Shown: one piece after another, positions 8,000 through 16,886 of the stretch
Numbering within the stretch: position 1 is the first letter of the stretch
How the letters are laid out: the number at the start of each line of letters is the position of its first letter
NCBI GenBank assembly: GCA_944358805.1
Contig: CALVSD010000002.1
Span: 1-40,280, forward strand
Length of the DNA: 40,280 nt
Direction: 5' to 3'
Source of the DNA: an uncultured Bacilli bacterium
GTDB lineage: Bacteria; Bacillota_I; Bacilli_A; RF39; UBA660
The notes under the pieces: generated by a model
The model's input: only the letters and a program-made list of their open reading frames with translations
Told to the model about the DNA's origin: nothing
Database searches by the model: none
Made by a program: the position numbers and the translations under genes

Positions 8000-10811
8000 A
8001 TTTTAGCATTTCTTTTAAAAATTGTCCTGTATAGCTTCCTTCTACTTTACATACTTCTTCAGGAGTTCCTGTACATACTATATTTCCTCCTAGATTACCT
8101 CCTTCAGGTCCTAAGTCAATAATATAGTCTGCTACTTTAATTATATCTAGATTGTGTTCAATAACTATAACAGTATCGCCATTATCTACTATTCTTTGTA
8201 AAATAGCAAGTAATTTTTTAATATCGTGAGAATGCAATCCTGTACTAGGTTCATCTAATATAAATAAACTCTTACCAGTAGGTTTCTTTTGTAATTCTTT
8301 AGCAAGTTTTACTCTTGCGGCTTCTCCTCCTGATAAAGTTGGAGCACTTTGTCCAAGTTTTACATATCCTAAACCTACATCTTGTAATACTTTTAATTTA
8401 TTTAATACTTTAGGATGATTTTCAAAAAATGTAATTGCTTCATCTACTCGCATATCAAGTACTTCACTAATATTTTTATTTTTATATTTTATATCTAAGG
8501 TTTCTCTATTATATCTTGTACCGTGACACACTTCACAAGGAACATATACATCAGGTAAGAAATGCATTTCTATTTTCTTAACTCCATCTCCCCAACAAGC
8601 TTCACATCTTCCACCTTTAACATTAAAACTAAATCTTCCTTTATCATATCCTTTAATCTTAGCTTCTTTAGTTTCAGCGAATATATCTCTTATATCATCA
8701 AATACTCCAACATAAGTAGCAGGATTACTTCTAGGAGTTCTACCGATTGGGTTTTGAGTAATTTGCACTACCTTATCAATATTTTCAATACCTTTTATTT
8801 CTTTATGTTTTCCAGGTTTCTCTTTAAATACATACAAATTACTTGCAAGTGCTTTATATAAGATTTCATTTACTAAACTTGATTTACCACTTCCTGATAC
8901 TCCTGTTACACAAATAAATGTACCAAGCGGAAATTTAACATTAATATTTTTTAAGTTATTTTCTTTTGCACCTTTTATTTCAAGATACTTCTTATTTCCT
9001 TTTCTTCTTTTAGTAGGGACCTCTATTTTTTCCTTACCTGTTAAATATTTACCTGTTAAACTATTCTCGTTTCGCATTACTTCTTCTGGAGTTCCTGCTG
9101 CCATAACTTGTCCACCATGATCTCCTGCAAAAGGACCTATATCTATTAAATAATCAGCCGCTAACATTGTATCAGTATCATGTTCTACTACTATTAGGGA
9201 ATTACCTAAATCACGCATTTCTAATAATGAATTAATAAGTTTACGATTATCTCTTTGATGTAAACCAATACTAGGTTCATCTAATACATATAAAACACCA
9301 GTTAATCTAGAACCTATTTGAGTAGCAAGTCTTATTCTTTGAGATTCTCCTCCTGATAAAGTTCCTGCACTTCTATTTAATGTTAAATAATCAAGTCCAA
9401 CATTTATTAAGAAATCTAACCTTGACATAATTTCTTTAACAATAATACTTGCTATTTCTTCTTGTTCTTTATTTAACTTTAAATTACTAATAAAATCTCT
9501 TAATTCTCTAATAGACAAACAAGTTACTTCATGAATATTTTTCTTATTTATAAGAACTGATAACACACTATCTTGAAGTCTTGTTCCATTACAAGTAGGA
9601 CAAGGAAGTTCTGTCATATATTGTTCAATCCAATCTCTTATCCATCCACTTTTTGTTTCAATATATCTTCTTTCTAAGTTAGTTATTATTCCTTCAAAGT
9701 AATTTTTACTCTTTCTTGTATTACCATTTTTAGCAACATAATTAAACTCTAACATATCAGGAGATCCGTATAATAATATATCTAATTTATCTTTTTCTAA
9801 GTCCTTTATTTTTTTATCTAAATCAATATCATAATATTTACTTAAAGTTACAAGTTCTGTATTCATTATACTACTCTTGTCATCTAAATTAATTACTACA
9901 ATTGCCCCTTCATTTACTGATTTATTCTTATCAGGAATAATTAAATCTAAGTCTAATTTATATTTAATACCAAGTCCTTTACAATCAGGGCACGCCCCAT
10001 ATGGAGCATTAAATGAAAATATTCTAGGCTCAAGTTCATCTAATGAATAATCACAATAAGGGCAAGCAAAATTCTCACTTAAAAGTATTTCTTTATCTCC
10101 CACAACATCAATAATTACTTTCCCATGAGCAAGTTTTGTTGCAGTCTCTATTGAATCATATAAACGACTTCTTATATTATCTTTAATAACAAGTCTATCT
10201 ATAATAACTGATATATTATGCTTTTTAGTCTTAGAAAGTTCTATATCTTCACTTAAATCTAATAGTTCTCCATCTACTTTAACTCTAATATATCCATCTT
10301 TTCTAAGACTTTCAAATAAATCTTTATGTGTTCCCTTTTCTCCTTTTACAACCGGAGCCATAACCATTATCTTTGTTCCATCTTCTAACTCTAATACCTT
10401 ATTAACCATTTCTTCAATACTTTGAGAAGTAATTGGTATATTATGTTCTGGACAATAAGGAACACCAATTCTTGCAAATAATAATCTTAAATAATCATAT
10501 ATTTCTGTAACAGTACCAACAGTACTTCTAGGATTTTTATTAGTAGTCTTTTGATCAATACTAATTGATGGGCTTAACCCTTCAATACTATCAACATCAG
10601 GTTTCTCTGAACTTCCTAAAAACTGTCTAGCATAAGCACTTAAACTCTCAACATACCTTCTTTGTCCTTCTGCATATATTGTATCAAATGCTAAAGATGA
10701 TTTACCACTTCCAGATACTCCAGTCATTACGACAAGTTTATTCTTAGGTATTTCTATATCAATATTCTTTAAATTATTTTCTCTAGCACCTTTTATTACT
10801 ATTTTATCCAT
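7998..10811 (-). CDS. uvrA: excinuclease ABC subunit A
   Basis: 937 aa. Two ABC ATPase modules (GVSGSGKSS twice, LSGGE twice) and zinc-finger Cys clusters. Confidence 0.97.
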   Translation of the reverse strand: MDKIVIKGARENNLKNIDIEIPKNKLVVMTGVSGSGKSSLAFDTIYAEGQRRYVESLSAYARQFLGSSEKPDVDSIEGLSPSISIDQKTTNKNPRSTVGTVTEIYDYLRLLFARIGVPYCPEHNIPITSQSIEEMVNKVLELEDGTKIMVMAPVVKGEKGTHKDLFESLRKDGYIRVKVDGELLDLSEDIELSKTKKHNISVIIDRLVIKDNIRSRLYDSIETATKLAHGKVIIDVVGDKEILLSENFACPYCDYSLDELEPRIFSFNAPYGACPDCKGLGIKYKLDLDLIIPDKNKSVNEGAIVVINLDDKSSIMNTELVTLSKYYDIDLDKKIKDLEKDKLDILLYGSPDMLEFNYVAKNGNTRKSKNYFEGIITNLERRYIETKSGWIRDWIEQYMTELPCPTCNGTRLQDSVLSVLINKKNIHEVTCLSIRELRDFISNLKLNKEQEEIASIIVKEIMSRLDFLINVGLDYLTLNRSAGTLSGGESQRIRLATQIGSRLTGVLYVLDEPSIGLHQRDNRKLINSLLEMRDLGNSLIVVEHDTDTMLAADYLIDIGPFAGDHGGQVMAAGTPEEVMRNENSLTGKYLTGKEKIEVPTKRRKGNKKYLEIKGAKENNLKNINVKFPLGTFICVTGVSGSGKSSLVNEILYKALASNLYVFKEKPGKHKEIKGIENIDKVVQITQNPIGRTPRSNPATYVGVFDDIRDIFAETKEAKIKGYDKGRFSFNVKGGRCEACWGDGVKKIEMHFLPDVYVPCEVCHGTRYNRETLDIKYKNKNISEVLDMRVDEAITFFENHPKVLNKLKVLQDVGLGYVKLGQSAPTLSGGEAARVKLAKELQKKPTGKSLFILDEPSTGLHSHDIKKLLAILQRIVDNGDTVIVIEHNLDIIKVADYIIDLGPEGGNLGGNIVCTGTPEEVCKVEGSYTGQFLKEMLK

Positions 10812-10837
10812 AACATCACACCCTTAAATATAAAAAC

Positions 10838-10866
10838 ATTATATAGCAAACATTTGTTTATGTCAA
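10838..10866 (-). promoter_or_regulatory. consensus sigma-A promoter TTGACA-17-TATAAT for uvrA, with an AAAC-N4-GTTT palindrome in the spacer
   Basis: On the minus strand, TTGACA is at 10866..10861, the spacer is TAAACAAATGTTTGCTA, and TATAAT is at 10843..10838. The palindrome AAACAAATGTTT is at 10848-10859. Confidence 0.7.
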
Positions 10867-10873
10867 CTTCTAT

Positions 10874-11443
10874 TTATATCATTTCCTTTAATTTGCTTTT
10901 TATTCTATAAACAATATTATATACATATTTTATATCTTTATTTAACATATCTGCTATTTCACTATAACTATATCCATCTTTTATTAATTCAACTATTTCT
11001 CGTTCTTTTTCTTTTAAATTATCCAAATAATCTTGGTATGTATTACCCTTATCAAATATCATATATTCTGTAGTATCTTCTTCTTTATATAATTTATTTG
11101 AATAATCTATCTCATCATCTTCTAAAGGTACAGATTCATTTAATATTTTATTTTTCTTTTTATTAATAGATCTATTATAAGATTTTAATGCATTATTTAA
11201 ATATGATATCAAGAAAGTAGAAAAAGAAGCTCCCCCATTTTGATCAAAATCACTTATTGCTTTTTCAAAATATATATTTAATTCAAGTAAGACATCATTA
11301 ATTTCAATACCACTACTAGCATTTTTATAAATAAAACTTACAGCATTAGAATAAATTAAATTTTTATATTTTTGATATAATATTTCTTTTGCTTCTTCAT
11401 TATTTTCTTGGGCTAAATATATAAGTTCATAATCATTATTCAT
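10874..11443 (-). CDS. sigH: sigma-70 family factor, SigH-like
   Basis: Region 2 and region 4 HTH architecture (YSYSEIADMLNKDIKYVYNIVYRIKSKL). Position after mrnC-rlmB matches the B. subtilis yazC-yacO-(yacP)-sigH order. Confidence 0.7.
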   Translation of the reverse strand: MNNDYELIYLAQENNEEAKEILYQKYKNLIYSNAVSFIYKNASSGIEINDVLLELNIYFEKAISDFDQNGGASFSTFLISYLNNALKSYNRSINKKKNKILNESVPLEDDEIDYSNKLYKEEDTTEYMIFDKGNTYQDYLDNLKEKEREIVELIKDGYSYSEIADMLNKDIKYVYNIVYRIKSKLKEMI

Positions 11444-11444
11444 T

Positions 11445-12146
11445 TTATCTATCCTTCATTATATGAGACAATATTATTGCACAAGAAACAGAAGCATTTA
11501 AACTATTAATCTTACCTTTCATCGGAATAGACGCAATTATATCAGAGTTTTCACTTACCATTCGAGATATTCCTTTGCCTTCATTTCCGATAACTATACA
11601 AACAGGCATATTATAATCTATTTTACTATAATCTTCTCCATCCATATCAGTAGCTATAATCCAGTACCCATCATCTTTAAGTTTTCTGATTGTATCATTT
11701 AAATTAACTACTCTTATAATAGGAATATATTCAATTGCTCCTACTGAAGTTTTAACAACTGTAGAATTTACTTTTACACTTCTATCAGTAGGAATTATAA
11801 TAGCATCTACTCCTAGTGCTTCACTAGTTCTAATAATAGCTCCAAAGTTATGAGGATCTTCCAAATGATCTAACATTACAATAACAGGATTCTCTTTTTT
11901 TATATTAGGAATTATTTCATCATAACTATATGTTTTAACATCATCTATTTCCATTACTATTCCTTGATGAAGTCCTTCTCCTTTTTTATCAAGTTCATAG
12001 TTTTTCACAAAAGATACTTTAATATTATTTTTTCTAATTAAATCTAATATTTCTCTATCATTAAATTTTTCACTTAAATAAATTTTATTTATTTTACTAT
12101 TATTATGTAATTTTTCTCTCGCTACATTTTTACCATATATATACAT
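11445..12146 (-). CDS. rlmB: 23S rRNA (guanosine-2'-O)-methyltransferase RlmB, SpoU/TrmH family
   Basis: N-terminal IYGKNVA substrate-binding domain and SpoU motifs (NFGAIIRTSEA, IVIGNEGKGIS, SLNASVSCAI). Confidence 0.85.
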   Translation of the reverse strand: MYIYGKNVAREKLHNNSKINKIYLSEKFNDREILDLIRKNNIKVSFVKNYELDKKGEGLHQGIVMEIDDVKTYSYDEIIPNIKKENPVIVMLDHLEDPHNFGAIIRTSEALGVDAIIIPTDRSVKVNSTVVKTSVGAIEYIPIIRVVNLNDTIRKLKDDGYWIIATDMDGEDYSKIDYNMPVCIVIGNEGKGISRMVSENSDIIASIPMKGKINSLNASVSCAIILSHIMKDR

Positions 12147-12158
12147 ATTTATCCTCCC

Positions 12159-12527
12159 TTACACTTCTATTTGATTAAGTATTTCATTAAGTCTATCTTT
12201 ATTAGTTAAATATAAATAACCAATTAATGTTTCAAAACCAGTTGCATATTTATAAGTTACAATATCAGTATTTTTAGGATGAGCACTTCTTTTATAGTTT
12301 CTTCCTCTTTTTACAATGTCAGATTCTTCTTCAGTAAGTATCCCTGTACTAATTAAATTATCAAGTATTTTAGCTTGTCCTTTTGCAGATACATACTTAA
12401 CTGACTCTTCTTGTAATCTTTCTACTTTATTTATTCCTTTGTTTATTAAAGACTCTCTTATATACACTTCATATATTGCATCCCCTAAATAAGCAAGGAC
12501 TATTACATTTATATTATTTATATCCAT
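12159..12527 (-). CDS. mrnC: Mini-ribonuclease 3
   Basis: LAYLGDAIYEVYIRE signature, about 120 aa, located upstream of rlmB. Confidence 0.85.
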   Translation of the reverse strand: MDINNINVIVLAYLGDAIYEVYIRESLINKGINKVERLQEESVKYVSAKGQAKILDNLISTGILTEEESDIVKRGRNYKRSAHPKNTDIVTYKYATGFETLIGYLYLTNKDRLNEILNQIEV

Positions 12528-12578
12528 ATCATCACCACTCGGTAGTATTCTATCATATTTTTATAAAGAAAAAAAGAG

Positions 12579-13523
12579 TTAAATCAAATTATCTCTTTCA
12601 TAGACATTTATATTATTATTTGCATAAATTTTTACTTTAAGGCCTTTAACAAACTTAATAAAACATAAATCTGTAATAATAATATCTTTATCATTTTCTA
12701 AATTAAATTCCCTCTTAGGCAAATCTTTTAATCTAGGATTTGCTTCACCCACTCTTAATATATTAACACTATTGGCAATATATATTGTCATACTGTTATC
12801 ATTAGTTTCATAATCAATTCTAACTAAGTCTTCAATAACTAAACTACCTTTCCCTTTTATTTGATAAGTTCTTGGTTTTACTTCTTTTTTAGGGGTAATC
12901 TTTTTTAACATTTTATAATCAATATAATTAATAACACTACCATTATCAATAATTCCTGGAGTATCAATAAACATAATATCATTAATCTTTACTTCAATAG
13001 TATCCAGTGTAGTTGAAGGATACATACTAGTAGTTATATCAATATCTGATTCTGAATAATTTTCAATTAGTTTATTTAATAAAGTACTTTTACCAGAATT
13101 AGTATTTCCAATTAAATATACTTTCTTTTTATTATATTTTTCTATTTTTGATATTAAATTATCTAAATTATAGTTTTTAATACTACTAATTACTTCTATA
13201 TCTTTAAAATTATAATGATTTTTTACATAATCTATTATCTTATTATCTTTAACACTTTTAGGTAATATATCTCTTTTAGTTAAAACTACTATTACATTTT
13301 TAAACTTAGATAAATCCATTATCGTTAAATTAAGTAAACTAGTTACATATATTACTAAATCATTACTATCTATATTATTTATTATTTTTAAGTAATCACT
13401 ATTATCTTTATTAGTTACATGATATTCTCCATAATGTTTAAGTCTAAAACATCTATTACATATATTATGTTCTAGTTCATCATCTTTAAGAATATTTCCA
13501 CATCCCATACATTTTCTATTCAT
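12579..13523 (-). CDS. yqeH: ribosome biogenesis GTPase YqeH
   Basis: N-terminal CxxC...CxRC zinc knuckle and a circularly permuted GTPase (TKRD, GNTNSGKST, DTPG). Overlaps yqeG by 8 nt. Confidence 0.85.
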   Translation of the reverse strand: MNRKCMGCGNILKDDELEHNICNRCFRLKHYGEYHVTNKDNSDYLKIINNIDSNDLVIYVTSLLNLTIMDLSKFKNVIVVLTKRDILPKSVKDNKIIDYVKNHYNFKDIEVISSIKNYNLDNLISKIEKYNKKKVYLIGNTNSGKSTLLNKLIENYSESDIDITTSMYPSTTLDTIEVKINDIMFIDTPGIIDNGSVINYIDYKMLKKITPKKEVKPRTYQIKGKGSLVIEDLVRIDYETNDNSMTIYIANSVNILRVGEANPRLKDLPKREFNLENDKDIIITDLCFIKFVKGLKVKIYANNNINVYERDNLI

Positions 13524-14040
13524 AATATTTCCCCTTTGTAAATATTCCCCTTTTATGCATTTTCTTCATTAATTTTCTTTCTATTAAGCGAGAAAATTTT
13601 GTCTGTATCATATCTTCTTTTGATACGGGATTTACTAAAATGGTTTTAATTCCTACTCTATTTCCTCCATATATATCTGTAAGTAATTGATCTCCGATTA
13701 TAGCTACTTCTGATAAATCAAAGTTAAACATTTTCATAATTTTTAATAATTTATCTTTTCTTGGTTTCCTTGAATTAGCAGAACAGTCCACAAGTAACTT
13801 ATTCTTGAATGGTTCTAATCTTTTCTTTGTATTATTGGAGTATATTATTACTTTAAAACCCATATCTTTTAGGTCTTCAAATAATTCTATTAACTTACTT
13901 GTAGGTTCTTTAACTGAATATGCTGCACAAGTATTATCCAAATCAAATAATAAACATTTTATACCATCTTCTTTTAATTTATCATAATTAATTGTATAAA
14001 TACTTTTTTGATACATATCAGGAATAAACTTATCTAACAT
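13516..14040 (-). CDS. yqeG: HAD-IIIA phosphatase YqeG family
   Basis: DLDNT, SNN and GDQLLTDI motifs. ATG 14040 follows GAGGTGG. The GTG used by the ORF track lies inside the RBS. Confidence 0.85.
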   Translation of the reverse strand: MLDKFIPDMYQKSIYTINYDKLKEDGIKCLLFDLDNTCAAYSVKEPTSKLIELFEDLKDMGFKVIIYSNNTKKRLEPFKNKLLVDCSANSRKPRKDKLLKIMKMFNFDLSEVAIIGDQLLTDIYGGNRVGIKTILVNPVSKEDMIQTKFSRLIERKLMKKMHKRGIFTKGKYYE

Positions 14041-14106
14041 AATCCACCTCACTTACATCAAGTATATTAATTATATCATATATTTAAAAAAATAATGACA
14101 ACTATT

Positions 14107-14193
14107 TTATATTGTCATTAATATTAAAGATATACAAATTATTATTATCGTAAGAAGGACTGCAATTAACTTATCTTTATCATTATTTAACAT
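14107..14193 (-). CDS. possible 28-aa hydrophobic peptide
   Basis: AAAGGTGAAG RBS 5 nt before the ATG. Translation is MLNNDKDKLIAVLLTIIIICISLILMTI. Too short to validate from sequence alone. Confidence 0.25.
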   Translation of the reverse strand: MLNNDKDKLIAVLLTIIIICISLILMTI

Positions 14194-14319
14194 ATATCTT
14201 CACCTTTCTTCTACTACATATAGTAATACATTTATATAATATCATTATTACTCATATAGTGTAAAGATATATTTATTAACTTTTAAAATTAGTTTGATTA
14301 AATATCAAACAATATCTTT

Positions 14320-14637
14320 TTAACAAGTTCCTTTTTTATAACCTTTTGAAATAGCAGCTTCCTTATTGTAAGCCCAATAAGTATAACTACCACTGGTTAT
14401 CTTTTGAACACAATCATATGTATAATAATAATTTCCATAACCATTAATAACAAATACGATATTCTCATCTAAAAATTTTGCTTTATTTTCATTTTTTAAT
14501 ATATCTAATCTACTTTCTACTGATTGATTTTTCAAATCATTTATCTCTTTCTCTAATTCTTTTATTTTCTTTTCTGCATTAAATTTATCAATGTCTATTA
14601 TAGTCATTTGGTAAAAATTAAAAACAATAAAAATCAT
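14320..14637 (-). CDS. hypothetical membrane-anchored coiled-coil protein with a Cys/Tyr-rich C-terminal domain
   Basis: The frame is open further upstream (KKKEILVSILTFIIMIFIVF looks like a complete signal anchor), but there is no canonical start or RBS there. The true 5' end is unclear. Confidence 0.45.
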   Translation of the reverse strand: MIFIVFNFYQMTIIDIDKFNAEKKIKELEKEINDLKNQSVESRLDILKNENKAKFLDENIVFVINGYGNYYYTYDCVQKITSGSYTYWAYNKEAAISKGYKKGTC

Positions 14638-14695
14638 TATAATAAAAGTTAATATAGATACTAAAATTTCTTTCTTTTTAAAAATTAATTTGATA

Positions 14696-15799
14696 TTAAA
14701 TTTCTTTTTTATTCTTTCTTCTTACAAAGATTCCTTCAATTATATATTCTAAAGATAACTGAGGAAATTTATTTAATAAACTAGGATTATTATAAATGGA
14801 TTTATCAAATAATGTATCTAATTCACAAGGGATATTTTCCCAAATTCTAATAGTAACTCCATTAAAATTTTTATGATATTCATAATCTTTATCCATGTCA
14901 TCTAATTCTTCTATACTAGGGGTTATTCCTAGCTTATCCATATAATCTAAAGTTTATTTTCCTTCATTCATAAATGCTTGATTTTCTATTGATAACAAAA
15001 AATAATTATCATCATAAAATTTTCTGCATGCATCACTTAAGATATAGTCTTTTAACAATATCATATCATATATTGATATATACTTATCCTTTCTTCTTTG
15101 ATATTGTCTTACATGAATCATCTCATGAAAAAGTGTTCTTAACAAATAAGTTATTTTGCCTTCCATTAAAAAGTTTATTTCATTTTTACTTACATAAACA
15201 TTTCCATATAAAGCAGAACCACAAGTTCTTTCATTATTATATTCAACAATCTTACAATGGGGATATTTTAATCCTATTACATTTTTTATTGCTTATTCCA
15301 CAAATATTTTCACTATTTCCTCTAATAAATTTATATCAAAACTACATTCCTTTTTGGCTATTCCTTTAATTAATACATTTGTTACTCCTAATTTCACATC
15401 ACCTTTAAATTGATTATTAATTAGAAAAAAACATAAAAAGTCATAATCTTCTTGGATTAATTTATTTCTAAAATTTATTTTTTGTGTAATAAATTGAATT
15501 TGTTCTTCTAATAATTTAGTATAATTCACATCTACTAACAATTGATTAACTGAAGAAATTTCAAACTCATGTATACTATATAAATGATTAAAAAGAGTAT
15601 TAATACTAATAATATTTGATAAATTTGTTTGGCTCCTAAAAGCAATAATTAAATCATCTAATTTAGAAATAAGTTCTGTTAATTCGCTATTTTTAGTACC
15701 ACAATAAATACAAGTATCTAACTTGTATGACCCGCCACAGGAATTACACTTAGATATATCTTTTATTTTTTTACAAATATTAATAATTTCTTCTTCCAT
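14696..15799 (-). pseudogene. zinc-ribbon plus SprT-like (HExxH) metalloprotease interrupted by two in-frame TAA codons
   Basis: ORF-track pieces 15293..15853, 14954..15166 and 14696..14941 are all in one frame. The stops are at 15293-15295 and 14954-14956. CNSCGG..CIYCG ribbon, and ...CGSALYGNVYVSKNEINFLMEGKITYLLRTLFHEMIHVRQ. The likely start is ATG 15799, after GGAGGA. Confidence 0.6.
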
Positions 15800-15898
15800 A
15801 AGTGTTCCTCCATAAATATTATAACATTTATAAATATTTTTTTTTATAAACAAACATAAATTGACATTTTTTTTATAATATTAATTAGAGGTGCTTAT

Positions 15899-16600
15899 AT
15901 GTTATTTAATATATTTAATTTTATTGCTAATAATTTAACTTTCTTTATAGGATCTTATTCTAATAATGTTTTTCCTGATCCATTATCGAAAGAAGAAGAA
16001 GAAAAATACGTAATAAAGGCAATGAATGGTGATAAAGAAGCTAGAGCAAAACTAATTGAACATAATTTAAGATTAGTAGCTCATATTGTTAAAAAATTTG
16101 AATCTAATGTAAATGATGTTGATGATTTAATTGGAATTGGTACTGTTGGGTTAATAAAAGGTATAGATACTTATTCCCCTAATAAGAATGTTAGACTTAC
16201 TACTTATGTTGCTAAATGTGCAGAAAATGAAATTCTTATGTTTTTTAGAGGGGATAAAAAAAATTCTAAAAACGTTAGTCTGAATGAAGGAATTAGTTTT
16301 GATAAAGAAGGAAACGAAATAACTATACTAGATGTTTTAAAAACACCTGATCCTGATTATGCTGAAGAAATCCAAAAAAATGATAATATTGCTTTACTAA
16401 AAAAATATATGAATGTCCTTACAAAAAGAGAAAGAGATATTTTAGAAGCTAGATATGGACTTAATAATACTGATGAATATACTCAAAAAGAAATTGCCAA
16501 AAAATTAGGTATTTCAAGAAGTTATGTATCAAGAATTGAAAAAAGAGCTACTACTAAAATCCTTAGAGAATTTATTAAAAATAATCAGCATATTAATTAA
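15899..16600 (+). CDS. sigK: sporulation sigma factor pro-sigma-K, uninterrupted
   Basis: HNLRLVAHIVKKFE and GISRSYVSRIEKRA are as I recall them in B. subtilis SigK. The hydrophobic pro-sequence ends ...FIGS/YSNNVFPDPLS. AGAGGTG RBS. Confidence 0.9.
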   Translation: MLFNIFNFIANNLTFFIGSYSNNVFPDPLSKEEEEKYVIKAMNGDKEARAKLIEHNLRLVAHIVKKFESNVNDVDDLIGIGTVGLIKGIDTYSPNKNVRLTTYVAKCAENEILMFFRGDKKNSKNVSLNEGISFDKEGNEITILDVLKTPDPDYAEEIQKNDNIALLKKYMNVLTKRERDILEARYGLNNTDEYTQKEIAKKLGISRSYVSRIEKRATTKILREFIKNNQHIN

Positions 16601-16605
16601 AATTG

Positions 16606-16634
16606 TTGACTATAACTATATTTTTTGATAAAAT
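16606..16634 (+). promoter_or_regulatory. sigma-A type promoter, TTGACT-17-TAAAAT, for rpmB
   Basis: TTGACT at 16606-16611, a 17-nt spacer, and TAAAAT at 16629-16634, 32 nt before the rpmB ATG. Confidence 0.55.
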
Positions 16635-16666
16635 TATAATGCATTTTAATTTGAGGAGGGATAATC

Positions 16667-16834
16667 ATGGCAATTAAAGTAACAAGTAAAAAAACAAAAT
16701 CTGTAAATAATAGACCTAACTGTTTAAAAGTAACTAAAAGAACACAAAAAGTAAATTTACAAAATATTACAGTTAATGGTGTTAAAATTAAAACAAGTGC
16801 TAGAGAAGCAAGAACTCTAAAAAATGCTGCATAA
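16667..16834 (+). CDS. rpmB: 50S ribosomal protein L28-like, 55 aa (absent from the ORF track)
   Basis: GAGGAGGG RBS 6 nt upstream. MAIKVTSKKTKSVNNRPNCLKVTKRTQKVNLQNITVNGVKIKTSAREARTLKNAA aligns by eye with the L28 pattern GKKTxxGNNxSxxxNxTKRTxxxNLQ...SARAL. Has its own promoter and terminator. Confidence 0.8.
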   Translation: MAIKVTSKKTKSVNNRPNCLKVTKRTQKVNLQNITVNGVKIKTSAREARTLKNAA

Positions 16835-16858
16835 AAGTGAGTATATCTCACTTTTTTT
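16834..16858. terminator. bidirectional terminator between convergent rpmB and the P-type ATPase gene
   Basis: Stem AGTGAG / CTCACT with loop TATAT, flanked by an A-run and T7. Confidence 0.75.
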
Positions 16859-16886
16859 ATTGTCAAAAAAGAACTATTACTAGTCC

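Noticed and set aside
15841-15898. The TTGACA at 15861-15866 as a sigK promoter -35
   Set aside because: No -10 hexamer lies at 16-18 nt, only a T8 run followed by ATAATA at the wrong spacing. sigK is also expected to depend on mother-cell sigma factors rather than sigma-A.
16597-16866. 89-aa hydrophobic ORF on the minus strand
   Set aside because: It lies exactly antisense to a complete rpmB-like expression unit (promoter, strong RBS, L28-like ORF, terminator) and has no RBS of its own. It is a shadow ORF.
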